Assembly: GCA_947572725.1 (NCBI GenBank)
Contig: CANPDB010000003.1
Coordinates: forward strand, 2,296-66,295
Direction of reading: 5' to 3'
DNA length: 64,000 nt
Source: an uncultured Clostridium sp.
Lineage (GTDB): Bacteria > Bacillota > Clostridia > TANB77 > CAG-508
Shown piece by piece: positions 8,766 through 19,377 of this stretch. Each line of letters begins with the position of its first letter. Position 1 is the stretch's first letter. The position numbers were made by a program, and so were the translations under genes. Under the pieces are notes generated by a model. That model saw only the letters and a list, made by a program, of their open reading frames with translations, searched no databases and was not told where the DNA came from.

Positions 8766-10400
8766 TTAGTGTCTTTTATACATATCTCTTGATAATAATT
8801 CTTGAGATATTATTTTTCCATCTCGTTTTAAGATTTTATATGCTTCAGAATATATTGCTGTTCTACTTCTTCCTGTTTCATATGCACTAATTTGTACTTC
8901 GCAATCGTCTTCTTGTTTTAAACCAAATATTTGAAAATTAGCTACTCCATTTGCAACAGAACAAACTAGTTTAATTGGATATTGTCTATTGTTTTTAAAT
9001 TGAAAATCTATTGCACCATATACAACTGTTGCGTCTCTGCTTGCGGGTGCGTATGATGGAACGAATTGATGGTTTGTTCTTTGGACTATTTCTAAATTTG
9101 CATATAAAACTGCATTGTATAATGTTGTTGTTACTTGGCATATTCCTCCACCTATACCATCTACAACTTTTCCTTCAACATATATAGGAGCTTCTCTATA
9201 TCCTGCTGAGATTGTCCTTGCACCAACTACTTTATTATATGAAAAGGTTTCTCCTGACATTATTACAGTTCCATTAATTTTGTTTGCAGCTAATATTAAG
9301 TTTGTAGTTCTGTTTCTATTACTTACAGCGTAATTGGTAGAATATGTAGATAGCAAATCTGGAAATGCTTCTGTTCCTATCATATTTGTACTAACATTTG
9401 GGTATAATATCTTTAAAGGTATTGTATACTCTTCTTTTTTTTCAGATTCTATTATTGCTTTGGCTTCTTCTAATGAAATATTAAAATCTATACCATTTTC
9501 AGAAGGAAATACAGAAAATGGTTCTTTTGTATAATAAGCGTCAACAGGGTCTTTTTTTATTTCATTATATATTTTATCTATATCTATAGGATCTGGTTGT
9601 TGAGTTGTAACCGCTATTTCAATTGGAACATTATCATGGGAAAAATCGGAGATGGCAGTTTTTATTAATTCAGTTGTAGCGTTTATATCTACTACTTTAC
9701 CTTCTTTTCCTGGAGTTATAATTAGATTAGAGTCTTCTATATAATAACTACTTTGAATAACTGCATCTGGCAATTGTGTTGAAATATCTTCTAAATTTTT
9801 TGATAATTGTTCTTTATTAATAATTAATCTTGGTTCAATATTAACTTTTCCAAACATAGCAGATAATATGTATAAATTATTTTGAAAAATATTTCCTTGT
9901 CTTCCTATATGATATGCTGAATCAGTAGCTGATTTTATATCAAATGAAGTATCAATTTGTGAAAGTGAAATAGATGTCTCAAAATCTCCATATTTTAATG
10001 TTATTTCTTCAGGCAAGTTTTGTTCAACATATTTCTCTAGTTGATATTTGGCATCTGATTTGCTTAAATGTGAAACATTATATCCTTTAATATGTACACC
10101 TGAAATAATATTGCTGTTTAACATATTATAACAAGTTAAAATCAAAAATAATACTATTATAATTACAAATAATATAATAAGTAATATCTTAAATATTGAA
10201 AAAACACTTTTTTCGTTTTGGTTATTGTTTTCAGATATTTCTTTTACTGGTACAAATTTTTCTACACTTTTTTCAACAGACTTGTCTATATTAGTATTTT
10301 TGGTTTCGGATTGTTCAGTAGGTTCAGCTAAATTAGTATCAATATCTTCAGAAATAATTTCTTGTTTTTCTAAATCTTTTTCCTTTTCTTTAACGCTCAT
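8766..10400 (-). CDS. VanW domain-containing membrane protein
   Basis: N-terminal TM, peptidoglycan-binding-like region and C-terminal VanW-like domain (GGGICQVTTTLYNAV). Confidence 0.65.
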   Translation of the reverse strand: MSVKEKEKDLEKQEIISEDIDTNLAEPTEQSETKNTNIDKSVEKSVEKFVPVKEISENNNQNEKSVFSIFKILLIILFVIIIVLFLILTCYNMLNSNIISGVHIKGYNVSHLSKSDAKYQLEKYVEQNLPEEITLKYGDFETSISLSQIDTSFDIKSATDSAYHIGRQGNIFQNNLYILSAMFGKVNIEPRLIINKEQLSKNLEDISTQLPDAVIQSSYYIEDSNLIITPGKEGKVVDINATTELIKTAISDFSHDNVPIEIAVTTQQPDPIDIDKIYNEIKKDPVDAYYTKEPFSVFPSENGIDFNISLEEAKAIIESEKKEEYTIPLKILYPNVSTNMIGTEAFPDLLSTYSTNYAVSNRNRTTNLILAANKINGTVIMSGETFSYNKVVGARTISAGYREAPIYVEGKVVDGIGGGICQVTTTLYNAVLYANLEIVQRTNHQFVPSYAPASRDATVVYGAIDFQFKNNRQYPIKLVCSVANGVANFQIFGLKQEDDCEVQISAYETGRSRTAIYSEAYKILKRDGKIISQELLSRDMYKRH

Positions 10401-10587
10401 TTTAAATCTCCTCGTATAATATCAAATTTATTATATCATATTTTGTAAAAAAATATATAAAAATATAAAAAAATGTCAAAATAAAATAAAAAAAGTTGAG
10501 AATAATATTATTATAAATAAAATTTTAATTAAAGTTTTATTTTAATATATATGAAATCTTTTTTGTAAAGATGACAAGGAGGATATT

Positions 10588-10764
10588 ATGTCTCGAAATA
10601 GTAAATTAATATCTGAAAATTTAAGAGAAGAAATAGCTAAAGAATTAGGTGTATATGATCAAGTAAAACAAGATGGTGGTAGTTGGGCAAATGTTTCATC
10701 AAAAGATTGTGGTAATATAGTAAAAAAGGCAATTGAGATAGCAAATAGATCAGTAGAAAGTTAA
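10588..10764 (+). CDS. small acid-soluble spore protein, alpha/beta type
   Basis: 58-aa ORF (below the ORF-track cutoff) with RBS AAGGAGG. Sequence SENLREEIAKELGV...SSKDCGNIVKKAIEIA matches clostridial alpha/beta SASPs. Hairpin terminator downstream. Confidence 0.7.
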   Translation: MSRNSKLISENLREEIAKELGVYDQVKQDGGSWANVSSKDCGNIVKKAIEIANRSVES

Positions 10765-10780
10765 TAGTTATTTTTTAGTT

Positions 10781-10827
10781 GAAGCATTAGCTATGTTATA
10801 AGTTTTAGCATAGCTAATGCTTTTAAA
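10781..10827 (+). terminator. intrinsic terminator after the SASP gene
   Basis: GAAGCATTAGCTATG...CATAGCTAATGCTTTT stem-loop followed by a T-run. Confidence 0.6.
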
Positions 10828-10982
10828 ATTTATATTTACATAATTTATAGTTTTAGATTGACTTCTTATGTGAAATTGATTATAATTATGATAAGGCACA
10901 AGCCAATGTAGCAAATAAACTCAACATTCAGAAATGGACTACAGAAATATTATGCATTTAAGAACGAAAGGAGATTAACATT

Positions 10983-11549
10983 ATGGGAAAGAAAAATGCA
11001 TTGAAAAAGTTTAAGAGGAATTTAGAGGCTTATCCAGTTGAATATGCTGGACGGCGAACTGAAAGAGGTGATTGGCAAATTATTCAATTTACAGATAAAA
11101 TATCTGTAATCATTGATGAAGAAGGAAATGTAGCGCATGTTGTGAATCATTCTGTTAAAATCGACTCAGAGTATAAATATACAGAAGATTATATACTATT
11201 AGCAGGCAAGCTATATGAACGATTAGGATCAAAATTAAAACAAGTTAAAGCATATGAGTACAACATAAAGGATATTATTTATTATGATGGAACAGGATTA
11301 TTAGAAGTGCGTTTAAACACACAATCAATATTTATATATAATAGAAGATTGATTAAAAGTGGAATAATGAGTTCTTTTTCAATTCCAAGAAATTATATTG
11401 TTTTACGTGTTTCATGGGAAAATGGTGTGATGAAACTGGAAACTATAAAAGGAACTTATTATATGTCTATCAAAAATAACAGAATTTATTCAGAGACTAG
11501 ATGGTATGGCAAAAAACTAAAAAGGATATTTCTGACAAATGTTCATTAA
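10983..11549 (+). CDS. hypothetical protein (188 aa)
   Basis: ORF with RBS AAGGAG, followed by its own terminator; no recognisable domain. Confidence 0.5.
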   Translation: MGKKNALKKFKRNLEAYPVEYAGRRTERGDWQIIQFTDKISVIIDEEGNVAHVVNHSVKIDSEYKYTEDYILLAGKLYERLGSKLKQVKAYEYNIKDIIYYDGTGLLEVRLNTQSIFIYNRRLIKSGIMSSFSIPRNYIVLRVSWENGVMKLETIKGTYYMSIKNNRIYSETRWYGKKLKRIFLTNVH

Positions 11550-11582
11550 TTAGTTTTAAGAATGTAGAGAAGTTAAGCAGGA

Positions 11583-11617
11583 GACTTTGCAAATCATTTT
11601 GATTGCAAAGTCTTTTG
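11583..11617 (+). terminator. intrinsic terminator
   Basis: GACTTTGCAA-loop-TTGCAAAGTC followed by TTTTGG. Confidence 0.6.
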
Positions 11618-11812
11618 GCAATTAAAATGATTATAGCAAGTGTTATTTAAATTTATAAAACTTTAAAATATTCTATTTATGTTTACAATATAATATTTAA
11701 ATACAGTTTTTTTACCTATAGACTTTAAAAATTACGTAAACAATAGTATAATATAAATAACTAGTTGGTAGCATAAAGCTTGTAGAATAATACAGGCAGA
11801 AAGGAAAAAAAT

Positions 11813-11977
11813 ATGGAGAAAAAGGACAAAACAAAAACGAGTTGTTGTGGTAAAAGCAAAGGTGGATGCCCACGGAATATCTGTTGTGGACACTGCCCTG
11901 ATCGTGAGAAATGTCCATACGATCCATGTATGGAGTGCATAAGCAATACAAATGCTACAAATTCAAGTGAAAAATAG
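11813..11977 (+). CDS. cysteine-rich small protein (54 aa, 10 Cys)
   Basis: MEKKDKTKTSCCGKSKGGCPRNICCGHCPDREKCPYDPCMECISNTNATNSSEK; purine-rich RBS AGGAAAAAAATATG; strong terminator immediately downstream (11981-12019). Below the ORF-track cutoff. Confidence 0.5.
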   Translation: MEKKDKTKTSCCGKSKGGCPRNICCGHCPDREKCPYDPCMECISNTNATNSSEK

Positions 11978-11980
11978 TAT

Positions 11981-12019
11981 GGAGTCTCCCTTTTCCGTAA
12001 GGATAAGGGAGACTTTGAT
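11981..12019 (+). terminator. intrinsic terminator after the Cys-rich peptide gene
   Basis: GGAGTCTCCCTT-loop-AAGGGAGACTTT stem. Confidence 0.55.
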
Positions 12020-12203
12020 ATTATACTTAAAATTTAATTATGAAAGTTTAATATATACTTTTAATAATATTCTCTGTGAGTGGGTAGTTGTAAATGTATA
12101 AACTGTCATAATTAAATTTTAAGCAATTGCTATAATTTTTTTGACATTTTAAAAAAATAAAAATATAATATATAAAATATCAAGAAATTGAAAGGATACG
12201 AAT

Positions 12204-13607
12204 ATGAAAAATATAACTGTTAAAGATATTCTGAAAGTAACAAATGGGGAATTAATAATAGGAAATAAAGAACTAGAATGTGAAAACTTTTCAAAGGATA
12301 CAAGAGAACTACAAAAAGCTGATACTTATATAGGAATCAAAGGAGAAAATTTTGACGGAAATAAATTTTGGCAACAAGCATTAGAAAAAGGAGCTTCTTG
12401 TGTAATTGTAGAAAATGTTAAATTAACAGAAGATGAAAAAATTAGATGGAAAGATAGAACAGTAATTATTGTTAAGAATACTTTAAAAGCTTTATATGAG
12501 ATAGCAAAATTCAAAAGAAGTTTATATAACATACCAGTAGTAGCAATAACAGGTAGTGTTGGGAAGACAAGTACAAAAGATATTATTGCAAATGTAATTT
12601 CTCAAAAATATGATACATTAAAAACGGTAGGAAATAATAATAATAATATAGGATTACCATTTACTATTTTAAAACTAAAAGAACATAAGGCATTAGTAGT
12701 AGAAATGGGAATGAATCATCTAGGAGAAATTAGTTTGCTAACTTCAATAGCAAAACCTAATATTTGTGTTATAACTAATATAGGAACTTCACATATAGGA
12801 AACTTGGGATCTAGAGAAAACATCTTAAAAGCAAAGTTAGAAATATTAGAAGGGTGTGAAAATCCTACTATTATAATAAATAATGATAATGATTTGCTAC
12901 ATAAATGGTGTGAAGAAAACAAAACAAAATGGAATATAAAAACTTACGGAATAGAGAATAAAAGTGATTTTGAAGCAAAAGAAATTAGACTAAATACATA
13001 TGGCAGTGAATTCATTTGTAATATAGATGGAAAAGAGGAAAAAGTAAAAGTTCCAGTTGGTGGAGAGCATTTTGTTTTAAATAGTTTATGTGCAATTGCT
13101 GTTGGAAAAGAACTTGAAATAAATACAAATAAAATTATAACTGGCATAGAAAGATTTGAATTAACAAAAAAAAGAATGGATATTAAAGAGTTGCCTAATG
13201 GAATTAAAGTTATAAATGATGCATATAATGCAAGTTTTGAGTCTATGAAAGCTACTTTAGAATATTTATCTAAATTTAAGGAAAATAGAAAAATTGCAGT
13301 TTTAGGAGATATGTTTGAATTAGGAGAATATGCAGAAGATTTGCATAGAAAAGTAGGGAAAGAAGTTGCAAAAAATAAAGTTGATATTTTAATTTGCAAT
13401 GGAGAAAGTTCAAAATATATTGCTTTACAAGCAAAAGAAGAAGGAATGAATGAGAAAAACATACATATTATAGAAAATAGAGATGAAGTTTTAAAAGTAT
13501 TGAAAGATATATCAACAAAAGGAGATATAATCTTATTTAAAGCTTCTAATGGAATGAAGTTTTTTGAGTTAGCCAATGCAATAGAAGAAAAATCATTTTG
13601 GAAATAA
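12204..13607 (+). CDS. murF: UDP-N-acetylmuramoyl-tripeptide--D-alanyl-D-alanine ligase
   Basis: Mur ligase P-loop ITGSVGKTSTKD and C-terminal Mur ligase domain; adjacent to ddl. Confidence 0.85.
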   Translation: MKNITVKDILKVTNGELIIGNKELECENFSKDTRELQKADTYIGIKGENFDGNKFWQQALEKGASCVIVENVKLTEDEKIRWKDRTVIIVKNTLKALYEIAKFKRSLYNIPVVAITGSVGKTSTKDIIANVISQKYDTLKTVGNNNNNIGLPFTILKLKEHKALVVEMGMNHLGEISLLTSIAKPNICVITNIGTSHIGNLGSRENILKAKLEILEGCENPTIIINNDNDLLHKWCEENKTKWNIKTYGIENKSDFEAKEIRLNTYGSEFICNIDGKEEKVKVPVGGEHFVLNSLCAIAVGKELEINTNKIITGIERFELTKKRMDIKELPNGIKVINDAYNASFESMKATLEYLSKFKENRKIAVLGDMFELGEYAEDLHRKVGKEVAKNKVDILICNGESSKYIALQAKEEGMNEKNIHIIENRDEVLKVLKDISTKGDIILFKASNGMKFFELANAIEEKSFWK

Positions 13608-13624
13608 AAAAGGAGAGATTATTT

Positions 13625-14674
13625 ATGCAAAAAATAAAATTAGGTGTGGTTTTTGGAGGAATGTCAACAGAAAATGAAGTTTCTGTTATTTCAGCAAATT
13701 CTGTTATGAAAAATTTAAACAAAGAGACATATGACATATATCCTATATATATAGACAAAGATGGAATATGGTGGGAAGCAAAAATAGATTTAGAGCAAAA
13801 AATTAATTTTGGAGATGAAATTGAACATAAAGAAAAAATTGAAAATGTTATCCAATATCTTAAAAAATTAGAAATTATATTTCCTGTACTACATGGTCTT
13901 TATGGTGAAGACGGAACAATTCAAGGGTTATTTGAAATATCTAATGTTCCATATGTAGGTTGTAGAGTTTTAGCATCTAGTGTTGGAATGGATAAAGTAT
14001 ATACAAAAATAATATTTGAAAAAGCAGGGTTAAAACAAGCAAAATATGAATATATAAGAAAATATAAAGATAAATACATATTAATAGATGAAAAAATGAA
14101 TGAAACAATTATGGAGTTAGAAGAAGTCTTAAATATAATTACAAAAAAATTAACATTTCCAATGTTTGTTAAGCCATCTAACTCAGGCTCAAGTGTAGGA
14201 ATTCATAAAGCAGATAATAAAGAACAATTAAAAGAAGCTATAGAATATGCATCAGAGTTTGATAATAAAATTCTAATTGAAGAAGGTATAAATGGAAAAG
14301 AAGTTGAATGTGCAGTCTTAGGGAATGAAGAGGTAATAGCTTCTTGCGTGGGGGAAATCAAAGCAGCAGATGAATTTTATAGTTATGATGCAAAATATAA
14401 AAATCAAGAATCAAAGACAAATATTCCAGCAGATATTTCAGCAGAACTTCAAAATGAAATAAGAAAACAAGCAATTAAAGCTTTTAAAGCAATTGACGGA
14501 AAAGGATTATCAAGAGTAGATTTTTTTATAGAAAATAATACACAACAAATTTATATTAATGAAATTAATACTTTGCCAGGTTTTACTGATATAAGTATGT
14601 ATCCTAAGCTTTTTGAGGCAAGTGGGATTCCATATAAGGAACTTTTAAATAAGATTATAAATTTGTCATTTTAA
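13625..14674 (+). CDS. ddl: D-alanine--D-alanine ligase
   Basis: ATP-grasp fold with LGVVFGGMSTENEVS, FPVLHGLYGEDGTIQGL and a C-terminal SRVDFF motif. Start at MQKIKLG with RBS AGGAGAG. Confidence 0.85.
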   Translation: MQKIKLGVVFGGMSTENEVSVISANSVMKNLNKETYDIYPIYIDKDGIWWEAKIDLEQKINFGDEIEHKEKIENVIQYLKKLEIIFPVLHGLYGEDGTIQGLFEISNVPYVGCRVLASSVGMDKVYTKIIFEKAGLKQAKYEYIRKYKDKYILIDEKMNETIMELEEVLNIITKKLTFPMFVKPSNSGSSVGIHKADNKEQLKEAIEYASEFDNKILIEEGINGKEVECAVLGNEEVIASCVGEIKAADEFYSYDAKYKNQESKTNIPADISAELQNEIRKQAIKAFKAIDGKGLSRVDFFIENNTQQIYINEINTLPGFTDISMYPKLFEASGIPYKELLNKIINLSF

Positions 14675-14744
14675 TATAAATTATAGTTACAATTCACAAA
14701 TTATTTACATTTGCTAAAGAGTTATAATATATTATTTTTTATAC

Positions 14745-14980
14745 ATTCCCAACTGCTAACAGTTTGTAGATAAACTTCTGTGGTGCAGTTGCTCCTCGAA
14801 CTTAATATTATAAAAGTTCTTAGAACTTTTATAATATTAATACATTCCACAGAAAAAATTCTAAAGAATTTTTTCGCGGACGAACAAAGACGGAGCATAT
14901 AAGAAATCTAAAAGGTCAAAAAATTTTAATCATGCTCCTTTTGTTCTCTACAAACTATAAATTGTTGGTCCCCACATTCA
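14745..14980. repeat. palindromic intergenic repeat (family 2, TCCCAACTGC ... GGTCCCCAC ends)
   Basis: Nested internal palindromes (AACAGTTTGTAGA...TCTACAAACTAT; ATAAAAGTTCTTAGAACTTTTAT; AAAAAATTCTAAAGAATTTTTT). Ends resemble the repeat at 24191-24255. Confidence 0.55.
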
Positions 14981-15126
14981 TTCCTAAAAAATAATATATT
15001 ATAACTATTTAGCTATTATACTATTTTAAATAATAACAATAATTACGAAAAAATCCATAAAAACTATGGATTTTTTTAAAATTTATGATATAATAACCTT
15101 ACCTGTTTTAAGGGAGGATGTTTCAA

Positions 15127-16002
15127 ATGGTATATAAAAATTACTACAAAATATTAGGACTAGAAACAAGCAGAGTTTCTATAGATGAAATAAAAATAGC
15201 ATATAGAGCAGCAGCTAAAAAATATCACCCTGACTTAAATGTAGGGGACAACCTAGCAGAAGAAAAAATCAAAGATATTAATGAAGCATACAAAACATTA
15301 TCAGAACCTTCTTCAAAAAGAAAATATGATAGAATATGGAATTCTCGTTTTTCAGAAAATAAAAAAGCATTTTCAGGAAAAGGACAAAAAGGTGAAATTC
15401 TAAGTATGTTTTTAGGAAATACAGAAAAAATAAAAGAAGAGAATAAAACAAAAGAACCGCCAATAAAAGGAAAAAATATTGACACACAAATTAAAGCGAG
15501 TTTATATGAAGCATTTTTTGGACTAGATAAAAAGATATCATTAAAAACAGAAAATGGAGCAACGAAAACATACACAATTTCAATTCCAGAAGGGATAAAA
15601 AGCGGAGAGAAAATCAGACTAATTGGACAAGGTAGAAATGGAAAAAATGGCGGAAAGAACGGAGACTTATTTATAAAAGTAAATATAGAAGATGATAAAG
15701 ATTTCAAATTAAAAGGAAATGATATTTATACAGACCTATATTTAACACCTTGGGAGGCAGCATTAGGGACAAAAGCTATGGTTAAGTCAATAGATGAAGA
15801 AACTAAAGTATTTATACCAAAAGGAACACAAAGTGGAGAAAAAATTAAAATACCAGGAAAAGGATACAAAAGTGATAATGGAGCAAGAGGAGATTTAGTT
15901 GCAGAAGTAAAAGTTATGGTACCAAAACAATTAACAAAGGAAGAACAAGAAATATTTGAAAAATTAAATAAAATATCAAAATTTAATCCTAGAAATATAT
16001 AA
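15127..16002 (+). CDS. J-domain protein with DnaJ C-terminal domain (CbpA-like)
   Basis: J domain YYKILGL...KKYHPDLN with the HPD motif, then DnaJ_C-like beta domains; no Cys-rich zinc finger. Confidence 0.65.
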   Translation: MVYKNYYKILGLETSRVSIDEIKIAYRAAAKKYHPDLNVGDNLAEEKIKDINEAYKTLSEPSSKRKYDRIWNSRFSENKKAFSGKGQKGEILSMFLGNTEKIKEENKTKEPPIKGKNIDTQIKASLYEAFFGLDKKISLKTENGATKTYTISIPEGIKSGEKIRLIGQGRNGKNGGKNGDLFIKVNIEDDKDFKLKGNDIYTDLYLTPWEAALGTKAMVKSIDEETKVFIPKGTQSGEKIKIPGKGYKSDNGARGDLVAEVKVMVPKQLTKEEQEIFEKLNKISKFNPRNI

Positions 16003-16122
16003 AATGAAAGATTTACATAAAAAATTATTGACAAAAGTAGCATTATTAGTTATAATTAGAAATGGAGTTATAACAAAAGATGAACTATGGATTAAGAAAC
16101 ATAGAAATGAGGTGTAGTAATA

Positions 16123-16644
16123 ATGGACAATATACAAGGTAAACACTTTAGTATAACAGATCCAGAAGGAGTAAAAACAGTAATTTATCAAGTAAACAAG
16201 ACAGAAAAAGAATTTCAAAAAGATTATCCAAAATTCACTGTAGAAAGATTAGATCATACAGAGGAATTAGTTGGTGCGTATAATAGAAGGACTTTTTATG
16301 TTAGAGAACCACAAAAAGAAGGTAATCAATTAGCTATATTCTCCTTTACAAGAGATAAGGTAGTTATTAATACAGGACTACTATTAGGTGACGAAGTAAA
16401 AATCACAAAAAGACCAACACCATTCCAATTTAATACTTTATATTCTGAAAAAGAAGCAGAATATAAGGAATTTACTTATACGCCAAATTTAAAGAGACCT
16501 ATATCAATTATAGACCCAGAAACTACAGAAGAAATAAAACCAACACTTTATTTTGATGAAGAAACAAATGAAGTAAAGGGAAAATGTAAGTTAAAACCAT
16601 ATAAATCTTATTTTGCATTCGAAATAAGAGATAACAAGAAGTAG
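16123..16644 (+). CDS. hypothetical protein
   Basis: ORF directly upstream of the VirD4-like gene; no recognisable motif. Confidence 0.4.
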   Translation: MDNIQGKHFSITDPEGVKTVIYQVNKTEKEFQKDYPKFTVERLDHTEELVGAYNRRTFYVREPQKEGNQLAIFSFTRDKVVINTGLLLGDEVKITKRPTPFQFNTLYSEKEAEYKEFTYTPNLKRPISIIDPETTEEIKPTLYFDEETNEVKGKCKLKPYKSYFAFEIRDNKK

Positions 16645-16972
16645 AAAAAATGGTTAATAGGGAGGAGAATTGTAATGACAATTGAAAATTATACAGGAAG
16701 CGAAGGAAAAAAAGATGTTAAATATGTTAAGGGACAATTTGCTTTTGCGATTGCACCTATGGTAATAGAACTTCGGTAAAGACATTGAAAGGAGAAATGA
16801 ACCTGTTATTATTTCTTCAAAAAATGTAGACCCAGTTGAAAGTCCACTAAGTACAGAATTAGGAATAGGAAATATACAATCAATAAAAGCATATGATGAT
16901 GAAAAAGAAGTAAATAATGAAAAAGGTCAATCACAAGATGATAATATGAGATAATATGATACAAAAGAGTAG

Positions 16973-19028
16973 GTGAAAAGTATGAACTATAAAATTGAAG
17001 GAGCAATCAGAAGAAACAGAAAAAACTTTATAATATTTGCAATACTATGGGTATTTATAGCCTTAGTATTAGTTTCACCAATAGCATATGGTTCACATAT
17101 GGCAAAACTAAATGGAAGTTTCGATATAGAAGTATTTATAGAAACATTTACAAGTTCGATGACAAATCCACTTAGTACATTTGGAAAAGTATTTTCAAGT
17201 GGTGCGGCAAGTGGATTTTTTTCGACGTTATTGGTAGTAACAATATTTTATTCAGTATTTTTCTTTATAGGATTTGTAAGATCAGCTCCAAAAAATGAAT
17301 ATACTGATATTGAACACGGATCAAGTGACTGGAGTCAAAGAGGAGAACAATATCAAGTATTAAATAGAAATGAAGGAATAATATTAGCTGAAGACAATTA
17401 TTTACCAGTAGATAAACGTGGAAACGTAAATGTTCTAGTAGTAGGACGGATCAGGATCTGGTAAATCAGCATCATATTCAATACCAAATGCATATCAATG
17501 CTTGGGGTCATACATATTTACAGATCCTAAAGGAGAACTATATGATAAAACAGCAGGATACTTAAAAGAGCAAGGATATGAAATAAAAGTATTAAATTTA
17601 GTTAGACCACAATACAGTGATGGGTATAATCCATTAATGCATATATCATCAGAATTAGATGTCGATGTTATTGCTAACACAGTTGTAAAAGGACAAAAAA
17701 CAGAAAGTGGGTCAGATCCATATTGGGACGATATGGCAGAAATGCTATTAAAAGCATTAATTTACTATCTAATAGCGACAAGGCCAGAAGAAGAACAAAA
17801 CTTAGCAAGCTGTGCGGAACTAGTAAGAGCAGCCAATAATAATGGAGGAAGTAACTTATTAACAGAATTAATTAATCAACTTCCTTATGACCATCCAGCA
17901 AGAATGTATTATAAATCTATAGAAATAGCACCAGAAAAAACATATGGATCAATCTTAAGCTCATTGCAATCTAAACTAGGTAAATTCGACTCAAAAGAAA
18001 TTGCAGAATTAACATCAACAGATACAATAGATTTTGAGGAGATAGGAAGTAAAAAAACAGCAGTATATGTTATATCATCAGATACACATACAGCATATGA
18101 CTTTTTATTAACAATATTCTTCTCACAAATGATTCAACAACTATATGACTATGCAGACCAAAATGGAGGAGCACTAAAAGTTCCTACATACTTTATATTA
18201 GACGAGTTCGCAAACATTGGTAAAATACCAGACTTTGATAAAAAAATATCAACATCAAGAAGTAGAAAAATATCATTTAGTGTAATTCTACAAAATATAG
18301 ACCAATTAGAAGCAGTTTATGAGAAATCATATGAAACAATTATGGGTAACTGTGATACACACGTATTTTTAGGAAGTAACTCATATAAAACAGTAGAATA
18401 TTTCTCAAAAGCATTGGGAGAAAAAACAATAGGAAGAGATAGTATATCAGTTAATAGAGACAGACAAAACTGGAAAACGGGTAAAAGCGTTTCAGACCAA
18501 GTAATGGCAAGAGCACTAATGACACCAGATGAATTACGTAGGTTAGACAATGACCAATGTATTATATTTGAAAAAGGAATTAAGCCAGTAAAAGCAAGTA
18601 AATTTTACTATTTCAAACATCCAATGGCAAAGAAATTAGCAGCAGTTACAATTAGCCATAATGATATAGGTGAAATTGATAGAGGAACTTGGAGAAAGTA
18701 CAATCCATATAATCCGTATGTAGAGAAAAAAGATGAAAAAGATATACAAAACTTAAAGGTTGAATCTCTAGATGATTTGTTTGAAGATGAAGCACCTAAG
18801 GATAAACCAAATGTAGAACAGCCTAAGGCTCCAGAAGCCATAAATAGTTTAGAAGATTTAGTAGCATCAGAGCCAAAAAAAGAAGAGATGAAACCATTAG
18901 ATTTGAGTAGTCTTGATGAAGAAGCACCAATGTTACCACAAGATAGTGAAGATGAAGAAATGTATGATTTACAAAAAGAGCTAGAAGCTAAATTTGATGA
19001 GTTGTTTGGACCATTAGATGATAATTAA
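16973..19028 (+). pseudogene. type IV secretion coupling protein (TraG/VirD4 family), apparent frameshift near 17447
   Basis: The N-terminal ORF (two TM segments) ends just where Walker A GSGSGKS continues in the +1 frame; removing one C at 17447 restores VVGGSGSGKSAS. The C-terminal ORF carries Walker B YFILDEFANIG and an acidic C-terminal tail. No relaxase or T4SS genes nearby. Confidence 0.7.
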
Positions 19029-19043
19029 TTGAATAAGAAAAGA

Positions 19044-19079
19044 AAAGGGGTCACGAAGCATAATGCTTGTGACCCCTTA
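19044..19079. terminator. bidirectional intrinsic terminator between convergent genes
   Basis: AAGGGGTCAC-loop-GTGACCCCTT GC-rich stem flanked by A/T runs. Confidence 0.6.
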
Positions 19080-19101
19080 GAGGATTTTGCAAATTCTTAG
19101 G

Positions 19102-19377
19102 TTATTTTCTGTTAGATAAACCTAAGAATATAAGTCCTAATATCCACATAATAAAAGCTGGTATTACCTCTTTAGGAAACTTAACAATAATATCCCAAAT
19201 GGAACAATTTAAGTTTTCACCACTAATTACCAAAAGGATAATACTGCCTGAGATAAATAAGACTGAACCTAAATACTGTAAAACTTTTTTGGATTGAATA
19301 ATTGTTTCATTGTAATCCTCCTCTAGTGCAAAACCTACAGTTATGCTAATTATAACATATTCTAAAGTACATTGCAA
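19102..19377 (-). CDS. small hypothetical membrane protein (91 aa)
   Basis: ORF with two or three predicted TM helices; RBS-like GGAGG upstream. Confidence 0.4.
   Translation of the reverse strand: MQCTLEYVIISITVGFALEEDYNETIIQSKKVLQYLGSVLFISGSIILLVISGENLNCSIWDIIVKFPKEVIPAFIMWILGLIFLGLSNRK

Noticed and set aside
16973-19028. Calling VirD4-like, the serine recombinase and mreB true pseudogenes
   Set aside because: All three share an identical lesion signature, one extra C before GG, and mreB is normally essential. A sequencing or assembly artefact is at least as likely, so the genes are annotated with that caveat. Only zupT is confidently disrupted, by the insertion.
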